From Octopus sinensis (taxonomy: Eukaryota), in contig NC_043000.1 in assembly GCF_006345805.1 (NCBI RefSeq), positions 107,322,001-107,386,000 of the forward strand: a stretch of DNA of 64,000 nt. Reading direction: 5' to 3'. Made by a program: the position numbers and the translations under genes. Shown here piece after piece: positions 13,603-26,886 of the stretch (positions are counted from its first letter, which is position 1; each line of letters begins with the position of its first letter). The notes beneath the pieces are model-generated. The model was given only the letters and a program-made list of their open reading frames with translations, did no database searches and had not been told where the DNA came from.

Positions 13603-14507
13603 GTAAGAGAGAGAGAGAGAGTGCGAGATGAAATGTCTGTGTGCGAGTTCATTTGCATATATTCATATGTATGTATGTATGACTGCTCTATCTGGACCGA
13701 CCTATGGCAAACAACATGTAAAGGTTTCTTCACATGCCTGTTCTAACTGCTAGAAACAACAGTGACATTTCCTTCAAAAATCTCGCGCACTAACTTCTCG
13801 ACAATTGTACGTATTGGATATTGTGGCTCCTGATGGTCAGAGCAGGAATCGTTGTTTTATTATCACGAGTCTGCCCAAACAAAATTAAGCTGAGGAGCTC
13901 CAACGCACACGACATATTAGGAACAGCAGCCTCAGATCACTCGAATCAGTCTAGAGCTTAAAAATAAAAGATTCAGCAGAGAATATAGCTCCAACAGACG
14001 GGATGGTCACGGAGGAGACGGCTTAGATCTAGCTTAGGTCATAAATCTGTGAAAGTAGCGATTTGATAGGGCTAATTAACTTTTCGAATTTACGGACTAT
14101 CCACAAGGTGGTAGGCTCGACTTCCTAGAAATACCAACAAAATATTCAGCTTTTAAATTTTATTTTGAATTTATTTTTCAGTTTCTTGTCGGTTTGACAA
14201 AAGATACCGAATTTGAACTCAGAACGAAATGCCGCTAAGCCTTTTGCACGGCATGCTAACGATTCTGCCAGCTTGCAACCTTAGAAAGAATTATTATTTA
14301 TGGGTTGGTTTATATTTTCCTATTAAGATTGTTTACGACACAACGAATTTGTAACGTTTATAGAAGGGTAACGTGTTTATAGTTCATAGCAGCCGGCTGA
14401 CGAGACACAACGATGCCGGAGTCTGTTACGCTAATGAATCTAGTGTGTTATGGAAACACTTCCGCCCCCACCCCCAAAGCCACCCTTAAAAAAATTTTTT
14501 TTCGACA

Positions 14508-14920
14508 GGCGCAGGAGTGGCTGTGTGGTAAGTAGCTTGCTTACAACCATATGGTTCCGGGTTCAATCCCACTGCGTGGCATCTTGGGCAAGTGTCTTCT
14601 ACTATAGCCCCGGGCCGAACAATGCCTTGTGAGTGGATTTGGTAGACGGAAACTGAAAGAAGCCTGTCGTATATATGTATATATATATGTATGTGTGTGT
14701 ATGTTTGTGTGTCTGTGTTTGTCCCCCTAGCATTGCTTGACAACCGATGCTGGTGTGTTTACGTCCCCGTCATTTAGCGGTTCGGCAAAAGAGACCGATA
14801 GAATAAGTACTGGGCTTACAAAAGAATAAGTCCCGGGGTCGAGTTGCTCGACTAAAGGCGGTGCTCCAGCATGGCCGCAGTCAAATGACTGAGACAAGTA
14901 AAAGAGTAAAAGAGTAAGAG
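14508..14920 (+). mobile_element. Full-length tRNA-headed SINE, family S1
   Basis: A-box TGGCTGTGTGG, B-box GGTTCAATCCC, CORE-like GGCATCTTGGGCAAGTG, (TA/TG) spacer, tail ending in GTAAAAGA repeats. Confidence 0.85.
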
Positions 14921-14921
14921 T

Positions 14922-15360
14922 AACCCTCCGTTTTCGGCTACGGGGAATACGAATCTGCAAAAGAAAAAAGAAAAGAAAGCAAAAACCGGCATTTTTAAAT
15001 TACCAAATTTTACCCCCATTTCCATAATTTTTTACTATTTTCGAAAAATTTTTTTTCAAAATGTGGAAAAATAAATTTTTAAAAAGTATTTTATAAAAAT
15101 TTCCAAAAATTTTTATAAAATACTTTTTAAAAATTTATTTTTTCTAAATATGCAGAAAAATACTGACATTATGATTCGGACAAAAATGTCAAAATATTTC
15201 TGTACTTACGGTTAGGGTTTTAGGGTTAGGGTTAGGGTAGAGTTATGGTTAGTGTTGGGGAAAAAAGTCAAAATTGAAGAATTTGGAGGAAAAGGGAGGA
15301 AATTTAGCAATGCCGATTTTTGGCAATTTTCCGGAACCTCCGTATCCGAAAACGGGGGTT
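14922..15360. mobile_element. MITE-like element containing TTAGGG-like repeats
   Basis: AACCCTCCGTTTTCGGCTACGG pairs with CCGTATCCGAAAACGGGGGTT; inner GCAAAAACCGGCATT pairs with AATGCCGATTTTTGGC; GGTTAG repeats at 15210-15258. Confidence 0.5.
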
Positions 15361-15821
15361 TTTGGCAAAAAAAATTGGGGAGAAAATGGGGAGGGGGACG
15401 GGTGAAAGTCTTTACATTATGTGACGAAACAACAGCGATTCGCTTATTGACGTTCGAACCTGCTGGAACGTATTAAGAATAAATATACAAGTTACCTGGT
15501 TATTAAACATATTATTTAATGATTTCAAGTATTAACATATTCGTTCCGCTTACTCGGGAAGCCCAAATCTACTTTTGTATTTACCCCGGTTTATGTTGAT
15601 TTCATTATTAGCTCTGAAAAAAGGCAGCAAGCTGACAGCATCGTTAGTACGCCTGACAAGATGCTTAGCGGCATATCTTCCGGCTTTACGTTGAGTCAAA
15701 GACCCGCTGAGGTCGAGTTTGCCTCTCATCCTTTCGGAGTCAATAAATTACGTAACAGCTGGGAACTGTGATCGATTAGCCATCTCCTCCAAAATTTCAG
15801 GGCTTGCGCGTTCAGAAGAAA

Positions 15822-15902
<81 letters not shown>

Positions 15903-16124
15903 ATTAATAAATAAATAAAACATATGCATATATACATATATATATGTACGTACTACCTCTACATGTATATATACATGCATATATGGGTACAGGACGCCAA
16001 AAAAAACGTCGAACACAATGAGAAACGAAAACATAAACACAAAACCAAGGAAAGAAAGAAGACGAACACGGGTGTGTAAACAACAAACAGATGTATTAGT
16101 TTAACGCTCGGGATGTGAGAAAGT

Positions 16125-16160
16125 CTTTTACGTTTCGAGCCTACGCGTTTCGACAGAAAG
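16125..16160 (-). ncRNA. Minimal type I hammerhead-like motif, U6 variant (family D)
   Basis: Minus strand CTTT-CTGTCGA-AACGCGTAGGCTC-GAAAC-GTA-AAAG; helix II partly mutated. Confidence 0.5.
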
Positions 16161-16589
16161 GAACACAGAAATAAACTGGGAGAGAAAATAAAAAAGGTTT
16201 AATGGCAAACGATCTGTCATGGCGAATATATATATTTAAAACCATAAAATGTAAGTAAAATAAAGTTGAAAAACTCTGTCTGAAAGTTTGATCCGTATTT
16301 GTGAGCACAAATGAAACAGGCGAATCAAACGAATTTCTGTATAAATTGTGGCAATATCTGCCTTCAGACGGTCAAAAAGAAAAGAATATATATAGATTTT
16401 TTTTTTAAATTTAAAAATAAAAATGACATTAATAAAGCGGTTATGAAATAAAATCGTAAATTTTCAGTTGACAAAAAGTTTGAGAAAAAATCGATATTGT
16501 GATGTTTACAGTTATGTTATGGTTTCTAGCCGAAACTAAAAGTACCAGCATACGTATAAAGTGTGTATGATTGTGTGACAGTGTGTGTA

Positions 16590-16798
16590 TGTATTCAGAT
16601 ATGTATGTATGTATGTATATATACATTTGTGTGTGTGTATACATTTATATAGATATATATGTATATATATAATATATACATACAAACACAAATATATGTA
16701 TATGTACGTGTGCATATATATATTTATATACATATACATACAGATATTAATGTGTGTGTATATATATAGATATACATATATACATATATTTATGTGTG

Positions 16799-16860
<62 letters not shown>

Positions 16861-16965
16861 CATAATATATATATATACATATATATATACATATATATAT
16901 ACATATATATATATACATATATGCATACATATATATATATATATATACATACATATATTTGTATA

Positions 16966-17042
<77 letters not shown>

Positions 17043-17090
17043 TATATATATACACACACATATACATATATATATATACACACATAGCTA
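16590..17090. repeat. Compound (TA)n/(TG)n/(CA)n microsatellite
   Basis: Direct inspection; source of several YI/IY-repeat ORFs in the track. Confidence 0.95.
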
Positions 17091-17502
17091 AAACTAGACC
17101 TCTTTCTGTCTCTCACTCACTCTCACTCATTCTCTCTCTCATTAACTTCCACTTACTCTCTCTGTCTCTCTCTCTCACTCATCTCTCTTTCTCTTTTTCA
17201 AACACAAACAAAAAAATTTCAGAAACTAATATAAGTTTGTTTCCTTTTTTGATTTTTAAAAATTTACTCGTGCTCTACTCTTGATCATTTCGCTGCAAAC
17301 GTTGATCAATATAACTATGAAAATTGAACGATAGAAAGTTAGAATTTTTCTATCGAAACAAATCGATTCTTTTAACTTGCAGCGATTGTCATGGCATGAA
17401 ATATCTTTGAGCAAATATTAATCTCCTTTACTCAAACGTATATAAACGCACACCTATACACACAGTACGTGCATATATATATATATATATATAATATATA
17501 TA

Positions 17503-17861
17503 TGTATAAAGCTGATGGCAGGTTTGGTAGCCTTCAACTAACACTATCTCCTCCGAGACCCTGTGGCGCAAGTTGACCAAAATTGAGAGTATGATAAAAG
17601 AAGGCTTGCTCTTCCTTCCGTAGAAGAAAAAATTCAAATCGGACCATGTTAACACCACAAATTATTTACATCAAAAAGGTGCTTTTTCTCTATGAAAATC
17701 CCTATTTTTTACGATTTTTTGACTGCTGTGTCGCCATTTTTCAACCAGAAAAGTGTTCACTTAAAGAGAATAACAAGCTACATAATGCCAAATTTTACTT
17801 TTCAAAAATTCCAATTCTAATGGATCGAAACTAACCCGAGCAATGCCGGGCGATACTGCTA

Positions 17862-17863
<2 letters not shown>
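17503..17863 (-). mobile_element. Helitron/Helentron-like non-autonomous element (related to family G)
   Basis: Minus strand starts ACTAGCAGTATCGCCCGGCATTGCTCGGG in a (TA)n tract, the same terminus style as family G. Confidence 0.5.
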
Positions 17864-17915
<52 letters not shown>

Positions 17916-19024
17916 TATATATCTGAATAGGACAAAAGCCCCTCGAATAAAAGCGCCATAGTTAAAGTCTGAAAGTGAACAAAAAACCCCACTGTTATAT
18001 TTTTCGATTATTCTTTTCTTTTTTTTTTATTCAATTTTTACTTCTTTCAGTTATTAGACTGCGGCCATGCTGGGGCACCGCCTTGAGGGTATTGGCCCCA
18101 GCATTTTTTTCCTTTTTACTTTTTACGGTTATTCCACTGCGACCATGCTGGGGCACCACCTCTAGGAATTTTTAGTCGAATGTAACGACCCCACAATGTT
18201 TTTAAATGATTTTCAAGCAGCACATGAAGTTAAGCCTAGAAGGTATCTCCACGTGCTAGAAATAACAGCCAAATCTCTTGAAATTTTTTAATAACACGCT
18301 CGGTTTCCTTTATTTTCTAAAAATCTTTTTTACTTGTTTCAGTCATTGAAGAATTTTTGGTCGCAGAAAAAAGTCAGTATTTTAAAAAATATATTTAAAG
18401 GATTTTGTTTTCTCCTCTCAGCACTTATAGATTAATGAGAATGAGCTGACATTTTGAACTTTCTCCGGCCTTTGACGTATTTCTTATCGTTTGCCTAAGT
18501 AGGGAGATGACTGTTTCTCCATAGAAATTACAAATTCTGGTTTTTGTGAAGAAAAAATGTCAGAGACAAATGTAATATTTACTGTCATTTTATGTGTGTA
18601 TATATAGTCATTCAAACATACTTCTTATCATTTTTATGTTCCTACACATTTCTTGAAGTAAATGCTTTCCCTTTTGTTAGAATTCAGACAAAATGTACTT
18701 TGGGTAGTAAAGAACCTTGCTGTCTGTTATTCTATTATTGATGTTAAGGTTGATTTATTTTCATTTTCAAACTTTAAAATTATTCTAAAAAAATAAGAAA
18801 ATAATTGAAACACACGGAACATACCATTGTGAGGGACACAGATATTTTGACACCGTTTTTCGATTGGCTATATTTTGTTAATGTAAAAATTGGAATTTTG
18901 GAAAATGATATTTTTTTTCACAACCACTATTTCCATTCTTGTTTGCGTGAAATTATGTATATATATATAAAAAAAAATTGTAAAATTTGGCTGTTATTTC
19001 TAACATGTGGAGAGACCTTCTTGG

Positions 19025-22022
19025 CAGTGTAGCTAACTTAAAATCAGAAATCTATGCTAAATTTTAGAAATAATACCAAAAAATGCTAAAAAAGAAAAAA
19101 AAATGCTAAAGAGTAATTATATCAAAAAGCTTAATTTTTATTTACATTTTTATTTACTTTCTTTAATTATATTCAGCATTGAGAAGTGATTTCTTGAATT
19201 TTACTGATTTGGTCACTTTCAGCTGCAGTGCCTAGGTCTTCACTCCTGTATATATTCAAGGTCCCAGTCTTGTTAATTATGTGTTTTGGAACATCGAAGT
19301 TTTTGCAACATTTGCCATATCTTTTTAGGCCATATTTTATAGACAAAATTGATCTAAGCATAGGAAGATGCATTTTGTCTTTCAATTTTGATTTGATTAC
19401 ACCCATACTACTGAACAACCGTTCAACTTCTGCAATTGAGTTTGGCAATGTCAATAGATTAATGGCAAAATTTGCAACATCTCTAAAAGGATTTCCCCCA
19501 CTACCATCTTTATATTCCAAGACTTCCAGTCACAATGCCTCAGTATTAGATGTATTTGTCCATTTAACAATATGAATGCTATTAATCTGAATTTCAACTG
19601 AAGCAGTTTTTTCTTCATTTAAATGCATTGCTTCTAAGACAGATCAAATTGGCTCTTTGAAATGCTGCAAAATATTCTCTACTGAAAAACATAATATTGC
19701 TCAGTATATAAATATTTTTTGGCAAACGGTGCTTGAGCTCTTTATAAATGCAGAGTAAAAATTGTTGTGCTCTTTTGTTTATATTGTTTTCTTCGATGGC
19801 TGTTACAGTCTTCTTGATAATCATTTCTGCTATCTTTCTCTCGAACCTGTAGCCTAAATTTGGTTTAGGATCCAAAAAATTTTCAAAAGAAGCATGGATC
19901 AAGAGGATCAATTCTACATGTTGGCATCACTATCATATTAGCAACAGATTTTATTAAATTTGAAAGATCTTGAAGTAATTTTGTTTTGTTGACAGTGTTT
20001 GATTCAAAACAGTTTATTCACTTCTTGAACACGTTTTAAAATAGGATGCAAAAATGAAAGGTAAAGTTCATTCCTAGAATCACAAAACATTTCGTATAAC
20101 ATTTGTGCTGTAAAGCATTTTTCTTTTGTAGTTATAGTTTGGAAGTGAGTTTGCAATTCAAACCATTGGCTTAAAATTTTATTTACAGCTGGTTCTCTTG
20201 ACAACCACCTAGATGTACAAGAATTCACAATCTTCAAAAGCTTTTTATCATTGATAGCAAGGTAAAGTTGTTTGTAGGTACTTTGTCTTGTTGAAAAATG
20301 AGAGAATCATTTATAGGTTTCGGATACTAAAACATATATTTATGTACAGGCATTCAGCACAAGTGTGGGATACTGCCAACTGTAAAGAATTGCATACACA
20401 TTTAAATAGAATTAATGATGGAACTTCTTTTAATTACTGCAAAACACCATTGTTGACTCCTGTCATTACTCTAGCATTGTCAGTTCCTATACCCAGTGAT
20501 TTTTTAAATATTTAACTTCCTTTTCGCTAATTCAATTTTCAAGGCATCTACAATGCCATCTGCATCACATGTTTCTGAAGATACCATACTGGGATATGTA
20601 TGTACCACTTTTTTGTGAGTGTCACTGTAATATATGATAATTCCTAACAACTTGTTTATCGATATATCATTGGGTCCATCTAATAACAGGCTAAATTTTC
20701 TATTTCCTATATCAGAAATCAAATCTCCATCGATATATATATTTGAAGCTAGAACATTTCTCACAATATTTGCTCATTTTGTATGATGCAACTTCACTTT
20801 GGATATAAGATCACTATCTTCCATAACTCTGTTAAGTGATCACAGTTATTAAATCATGAGTAGCAACAAATAAACATTGCTAAATTTGCTTCGAGCATAG
20901 ATGTCTTATCCTTTTTGGTTTTAATAAAATTGTAAGGGGAATCATTTGCTGTTGTTTAGTTGATGTCTTATGTTTCTTTGCTTCACAGTAGCTTACTAAA
21001 AGAGTATATTTTGCCAACATATTACATCTACAATATCTACAATGTGCTTTAGATTAGTCACTAGGTACTTCACACAACCATTTGGCATCTTAAGCCATTC
21101 CTTTGAGATTTTTTGCTGATACATCTTTGTTTTTTTCTTTGCTCATTATAATGTAGTGGGAAGCAAGAAAATAAATTGAATGATTAATAAAAATATAAAA
21201 TTGAAAATACAAGTTTGTTGCTAAGAATTCTTTCATTCGCCATTAACAATTCTTATGTTTGCTGCTTACAAATTCTTGAGGTGAAGAATATTGATTCAGG
21301 ATACTGGGTAGCCAAATCTGCAGAAATCCTAAAACTATGTTCTGATATAAACCTGGGAACATCATATTTCACTTCCAATCTTATATTTAATATCTATTGG
21401 TAAAACCACAAATATAACTACAATACGGGGGGAGGGGGATAAGTAGAAATATAAAGGGGGAGACCTTGCCAACCCCATACTTCTACACAAGCTATATAAT
21501 CCAAAACAAGCATGAAAAAACACAGACCTATTTTAAAAGTCAAACTGAAAGTAAATCAGTCAACCTGTCATGATAAAATGTCACCATGCTTTCATTCTTT
21601 GCAGTATATTTACATTATTGTGTAGTTACTTCAGGTGCTGACATGAGTTATCTTCCCCCCATCTCAAGCACCACTCTGTACCCAAGCGGGGTGAGGTGGG
21701 GGCTGGAAAAGTTCATAACTTGATAAATTTCCTTTGGATAATTTTTATTTGAAGTTTCATGAAAGTGAAAGAAAAATTCAACAATAGCCTATAGTACGAA
21801 AATTTGGCTAAGATACTTTAACGAAAGTAGAAAAGGAGGAAAAAGAAGAAACAAGGGTATCTATTGTGGAAATGTCATGATCAGAGAAAAATACTAAAAA
21901 AAATTGCTGAATAAAATTTTAAACCTATTTTCCCTGCTAAATGCTAGGTTCAAAAATTTTCTGCTAAATGCTGAAAAAAAAATGCTAGATCTAGCATAAA
22001 ATATGCTAAATTGGCAATCCTG
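19025..22022 (-). mobile_element. hAT DNA transposon (decayed)
   Basis: TIR-like ends CAGTGTAGCTAA / TTGGCAATCCTG, subterminal ATGCTAAA repeats, degenerate 8-bp TSD (CTTCTTGG / CTCTAGG vs empty-site CTTCTAGG seen near 47420). Confidence 0.8.
19173..21146 (-). pseudogene. hAT-family transposase pseudogene
   Basis: Frameshifted fragments: N-terminal BED-finger-like W..C..C..H region, LLLDGPNDIS and SRWLSR motifs, C-terminal LTLPNSIAEVERLFSSMGVIKSKLKDKM matching the hAT dimerisation motif. Confidence 0.85.
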
Positions 22023-22636
22023 CTCTAGGCTTAACTTTATGTGCTGCCTGAAAATCACCTAAAAAGTGATTCTGGGGTCGATACATTCGACTAGGAATCC
22101 TTCAAGGCGGTACCCCAGCATGGCCGCAGTCCAGTGACTGAAACAAGTAAAAAGAATTTTAGAAAAAATAAAAAAACAAACGAAGAATAACCCAAAAATG
22201 TAACCGAGGGGTTATAAACAAATTTCAAGATATTTGGCTGTTATTTCTAGCATGTCGAGAGACCTTCTGCGCTTAACTTCATGCGCTGGTTGAAAATCAT
22301 CTAAAACGAATTCTGGGGTCGATACAATCGACTAAAATTTCCTCAAGGTGGTGCCTCAGCCTGGCCTTAGTCTAATGACTGCAACAAGTAAAAAAGAAAA
22401 ACAAAAATGAATTATATCACAGAAGTGGTTTTGATCAAAAAATTTTGGGTTCCATACAGCCAACTAAAAATTCTTCAAGGTGGTATCCCGACATGGCTAG
22501 GGATCGATACATTCAACTAAAAATTCTAAGAACGAAAAAATAACTGAAAAATATAACCATGAGGCTTTTGTCCTAGATGGCTTTTGTCCTAGAGGGCTTT
22601 TGTCTTAGGGGGCTTTTGTTTGGACCAGTATAGGAG

Positions 22637-22701
<65 letters not shown>

Positions 22702-22703
22702 AG

Positions 22704-22760
<57 letters not shown>

Positions 22761-22804
22761 GTCTGTCTGTCTGTCTGTCTCTATCTATCTATATATATAT
22801 ATAT

Positions 22805-23700
22805 CAGTAACAATAAAGGGTGAAATTAATTAATTTGGAATAATTATTAATTACACCAAGTAGATTTCGGCATGTAAAAGCCTCATTCGAGGAAAATTTA
22901 AGTAATACTAAGCAATTAAGGGTTTAGCAACGAATTGCCTCACCACACACCGAATTTAGAAATAGCAGTCAAAGAGTTATAGCTATTCTTTCTACTAAAA
23001 GGGAGATCTCAGTAAAAACACAGCACTTGAAAGGCAAACACAGACAGGTAAGAGAGAATGAAATGACGGCAATCTATCATACAATTTTAAGTCACCTACG
23101 GACGTACGTTTCGAAATCAAGTTTTAGGAAAGCATAAGAATTAGAAAATTCTACCTTACCCAAACTTCTTTTCTCATCAGCGTAGGATACTACAATTATG
23201 AATAATTGTATATTAAATTTTGAGATACTAGAAGGCATCATCTCAACTCAGTGTCAGAGCGAGCTAAAACATTACCAGTATCACGAAATTCAAAGTGTGA
23301 ATGAAAGTTTGTGTCACCAGCCCCCTTCCACCCGCGTGTAGCCAAGACAAGATGCTGTGGTCATTTACTGGGATAAAATATGGTTATCAGTAACAATAAA
23401 GAGTGAAATTAATCAATTTGGAATAATTATTAATTACACCAAGTAGATTTCGGCATGTGAAAGCCTCATTCGAGGAAAATTTAAGTAATACTAAGCAATT
23501 AAGGTTTAGCAACGAATTGCCTCACCACACACCGAATTTAGAATAGCAGTCAAAGAGTTATAGCTATTCTTTCTACTAAAAGGGAGATCTCAGTAAAAAC
23601 ACAGCACTTGAAAGGCAAACACAGACAGGTAAGAGAGAATGAAATGACGGCAATCTATCATACAATTTTAAGTCACCTACGGACGTACGTTTCGAAATCA
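22805..23700 (-). repeat. Tandem ~581-583 bp hammerhead-bearing unit (1.5 copies), Penelope-like/retrozyme-type
   Basis: CAGTAACAATAAAG starts at 22805 and 23388; cleavage-site nucleotides at 23101 and 23682; both ends abut (TA)n. Confidence 0.85.
23095..23186 (-). ncRNA. Type I hammerhead ribozyme with intact core
   Basis: Minus strand CCTACG-CTGATGA-GAAA..AAGTTTGGG..CCTAAAACTT..TTTC-GAAAC-GTAC-GTC-CGTAGG: perfect 6-bp helix I, G-C closed helix II, palindromic helix III, GUC site. Confidence 0.88.
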
Positions 23701-24187
23701 TATATATATATATATATATATATATGATTTCGAAACGTACGTCCGTAGGTGACTTAAAATTGTATGATAGATTGCCGTCATTCATTCTCTCTTACCTGTC
23801 TGTGTTTGCCTTTCAAGTGCTGTGTTTTTACTGAGATCTCCCTTTTAGTAGAAAGAATAGCTATAACTCTTTGACTGCTATTTCTAAATTCGGTATGTGG
23901 TGAGGCAATTCGTTGCTAAACCCTTAATTGCTTAGTATTACTTAAATTTTCCTCGAATGAGGCTTTCACATGCCGAAATCTATTTGGTGTAATTAATAAT
24001 TATTCCAAATTAATTAATTTCACCCTTTATTGTTACTGATAACCATATTTTATCCCAGTAAATGACCACAGCATCTTGTCTTGGCTACACGCGGGTGGAA
24101 GGGGGCTGGTGACACAAACTTTCATTCACACTTTGAATTTCGTGATACTGGTAATGTTTTAGCTCGCTCTGACACTGAGTTGAGATG

Positions 24188-24189
<2 letters not shown>
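23237..24189. repeat. Long inverted duplication (about 464-bp arms, TA spacer)
   Basis: 23725-24189 is the reverse complement of 23237-23700 with a few differences. Confidence 0.92.
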
Positions 24190-24218
<29 letters not shown>

Positions 24219-24235
24219 CACACATATGTGTGTGT

Positions 24236-24500
24236 ATGTGTTAGTGATTAGGGTATTCGGCTCACAGTCGTAAGGGTTGTGAGTTCAATTCCGGCGGCGC
24301 GTTGTGCGCCTAAGCAAGACACTTTATTTAACGTTGTTCGAGTCCACTCAGCTGGTAAAAATAAGTATTACCTGTATTTGAAAGGACCAACCTTTTCACA
24401 TTCTGTATCACGTTGAATTTTCCTGAGAACTACATTAAGGTTTCACGTGTCTGTGGAGTGCTCAGCCACGTGCACGTTAATGTCATGAGCAAGGTATTCT
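24236..24500 (+). mobile_element. tRNA-headed SINE, family S4 (decayed)
   Basis: A-box-like TAGTGATTAGGG, B-box GAGTTCAATTCC, then GCAAGACACTTTATTT..CCACTCAGCTG; related decayed copies at 51165-51318 (-) and 52010-52245 (+). Confidence 0.55.
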
Positions 24501-24673
24501 CATTGTTGTAACCAATGGAGTGACAGTGCTATATATGTATGGACATGTGTGTTTTTTGTTTGCTTTTGTTTTAATTTTGATTTTCCTCTCCATCCCTCTC
24601 TCTCTCTCTCTTTGGGCCACTGAACCCAACACGTTTTTTTTTCATTCTCACTCTATTTTTTTTTCTCTTATTC

Positions 24674-24710
24674 GTTTCTGTAGAAGAGCGTAGGCTCGAA
24701 ACATAAAGAC
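24674..24710 (+). ncRNA. Minimal hammerhead-like motif, U6 variant (family D)
   Basis: GTTT-CTGTAGA-A-GAGC-GTAG-GCTC-GAAAC-ATA-AAGAC; helix III palindrome broken by G>A. Confidence 0.45.
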
Positions 24711-25762
24711 TTTTCCGATTTTTCTGAGCGGCAAGCTAATACACTTGCTTGTTGTCCCAACACCTTTCTTCGTCTTTGTTTTTCTATAAAGTTGAACTCT
24801 CTTTTTCTCTCTCAATATATATATTTTGTTTTTGTTTAAAAAAAGTCCGTTTCCCTGTTTTTTCGTTGTTAAAAAAAGTCCGTTTCCTTGTTTGGTTTTA
24901 TGTTTTCGTCTCTCGTTGTGTTCTACGTTTATTTGTGGTGTCCTGTACTCACACACATATATATATGTATGTATATATACATGTAGATGTAAGTATGTAC
25001 ATATATGTATGTATATATGCATATATTTTATTTATTTATATTATTATATGACCGAACGCACGCGTTATTTCTCTTCTCCAAGTTTTTATTTGAATAATCA
25101 TGACGCGCACTCTTTGACCTTTCCTCCCTGCCTGTCTGTCTTCCTCTCTACTTGTCTCTCGCGTTCTTATTTTTCACCCTTTCTGGTTTCTTTCCCCCCT
25201 CTCTCTCTCTCACCCTCCTCCCCACCTCATCCTCCTCCTGACCAGAGGGCTGCTAAAACTTTCTTTCAGCTTCGTGCTTCAACAAGTATAGATCGACTTC
25301 TGTCCTTCGTAAGCCGATTTTTCACATGCGTTCTAGCTAATTTTTCCACCGTCTAGGCAAAAAAGCCCTTATTGTTGGTTCCCTGTCCTGTTTCTTTATT
25401 TGTCCTGCTTTTTCTACTGTTTTTCTTCATTTGTATTGTTTTTTTTTCATTTGTATTGCTTTTACGTCCTGTTTTTGTCACTTGTTTTAACCCTCTGCAA
25501 AAGAATTTTATTTAATTCCTTTTGCAGGAAGGATTCCTTCGATCTGGCCGTGTTATGCCCTTACCTTCGAAACACACATTGAGTCGAACCAGGGGCAGCT
25601 GATGAAGGGGAATTTTCCGTCCTGTACTCTGTTTTTTCGTTGTTTAAAAAAAGTCCGTTTCCCTGTTTTTTCGTTGTTAAAAAAAGTCCGTTTCCTTGTT
25701 TGATTTTATGTTTTCGTCTCTCGTTGTGTTCTCCGTTTATTTGTGGTGTCCTGTACTCATAT

Positions 25763-25840
<78 letters not shown>

Positions 25841-25961
25841 GCATGTATATATACATGTAGATGTAAGTATGTATATATGTATGTATATATGCATATATTT
25901 TATTTATTTATATTATTTATGACCCAACGCACGCGTTATTTCTCTTCTCCAAGTTTTTATT

Positions 25962-26031
<70 letters not shown>

Positions 26032-26122
26032 TATACATACAGTTTTCAAAATTTAACATGCGGATCGTTGGTGATTTTTTTCCTCTGTTTTCCGTTTCTC
26101 TTGGACATTTCTTCGTTTCCTA

Positions 26123-26155
26123 TTTCTGAAGAAGAGCCTTGCTCAAAACGTAAAG
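26123..26155 (+). ncRNA. Minimal hammerhead motif, probably inactive (G12A)
   Basis: TTT-CTGAAGA-A-GAGC-CTT-GCTC-AAAAC-GTA-AAG; same downstream CTGAGCG..TAATAC motif as 35918 and 24674 copies. Confidence 0.5.
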
Positions 26156-26886
26156 CTACCTTTTTTCTTTCTCTGAGCGTCTGCTAATACTTTGCATGTA
26201 CCACGTCGTCGTGTTGTTTTTTTTGTGTTTGTTCTTCGTTTTTTTATTTACTATATTTATATATATATATTTAGATATGAGTGAGAAAGTATGGTTGTTG
26301 ATTACTGTTATAGATAGCATTAAGTGACCACATCGACGTTTGTGCCACTTAGGAACAACCCAAATTTAGAATTGTTCCCCTCTATAAATTTAGGGACAAT
26401 GCTACCTATAATCAGCGCATTAGCAAAGAATCATATTTTATCACAAAATTAAACCCCTTTTGAATGATTCCACCACAGATGCCATTATTACATACCCATG
26501 AATGTATTTAGAACAGTTTTTACCACTATTGCTACAACCACAACAGGTCACTCTTAGGTCAATTGACCATTAAAGTAGATTCCACAGACAGCATCTACTA
26601 CCGGGTCATATCACTTCCTTCTTCTTCTTCGTCCTCTCCTTCCTCGGCTGCTGCTGCTTAAACTATGACACTTCAGAACCAAATATTTCTCTGCACCCAT
26701 AAACACTATTTTTCAGATCTGCTACTACCCACTGAGCCTCTACAAAGAAAAAGAGGGAGAGAGACAGAAAAAAGGAAAATGTCCTACTTATTTGAAGACT
26801 ATGGAAATATTTACAAAACATTTAATTAATTTTTTCTTCAATTTAATTGTTTTTCTTCTTAATTAATATCCGCCTTTGTTTTACTC

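Larger units (their letters stand above)
17928..22626. mobile_element. Non-autonomous foldback element, copy 1 (hosts the hAT insertion)
   Basis: Ends GGACAAAAGCCCC / tandem GGGGCTTTTGTC; inverted arms built from SINE-tail modules; reverse-oriented homologue at 44723-47795. Confidence 0.7.

Noticed and set aside
16536-17284. Long YI/IY/MYVC/HT-repeat ORFs here and at many other sites (e.g. 4422, 42335, 53907)
   Set aside because: Translations of microsatellites that simply lack stop codons.
25564-25612. Family B as a circularly permuted (type II) hammerhead using the upstream CCTTCGAAAC
   Set aside because: The segment between the putative cleavage site and CTGATGA cannot form helix I in any copy.
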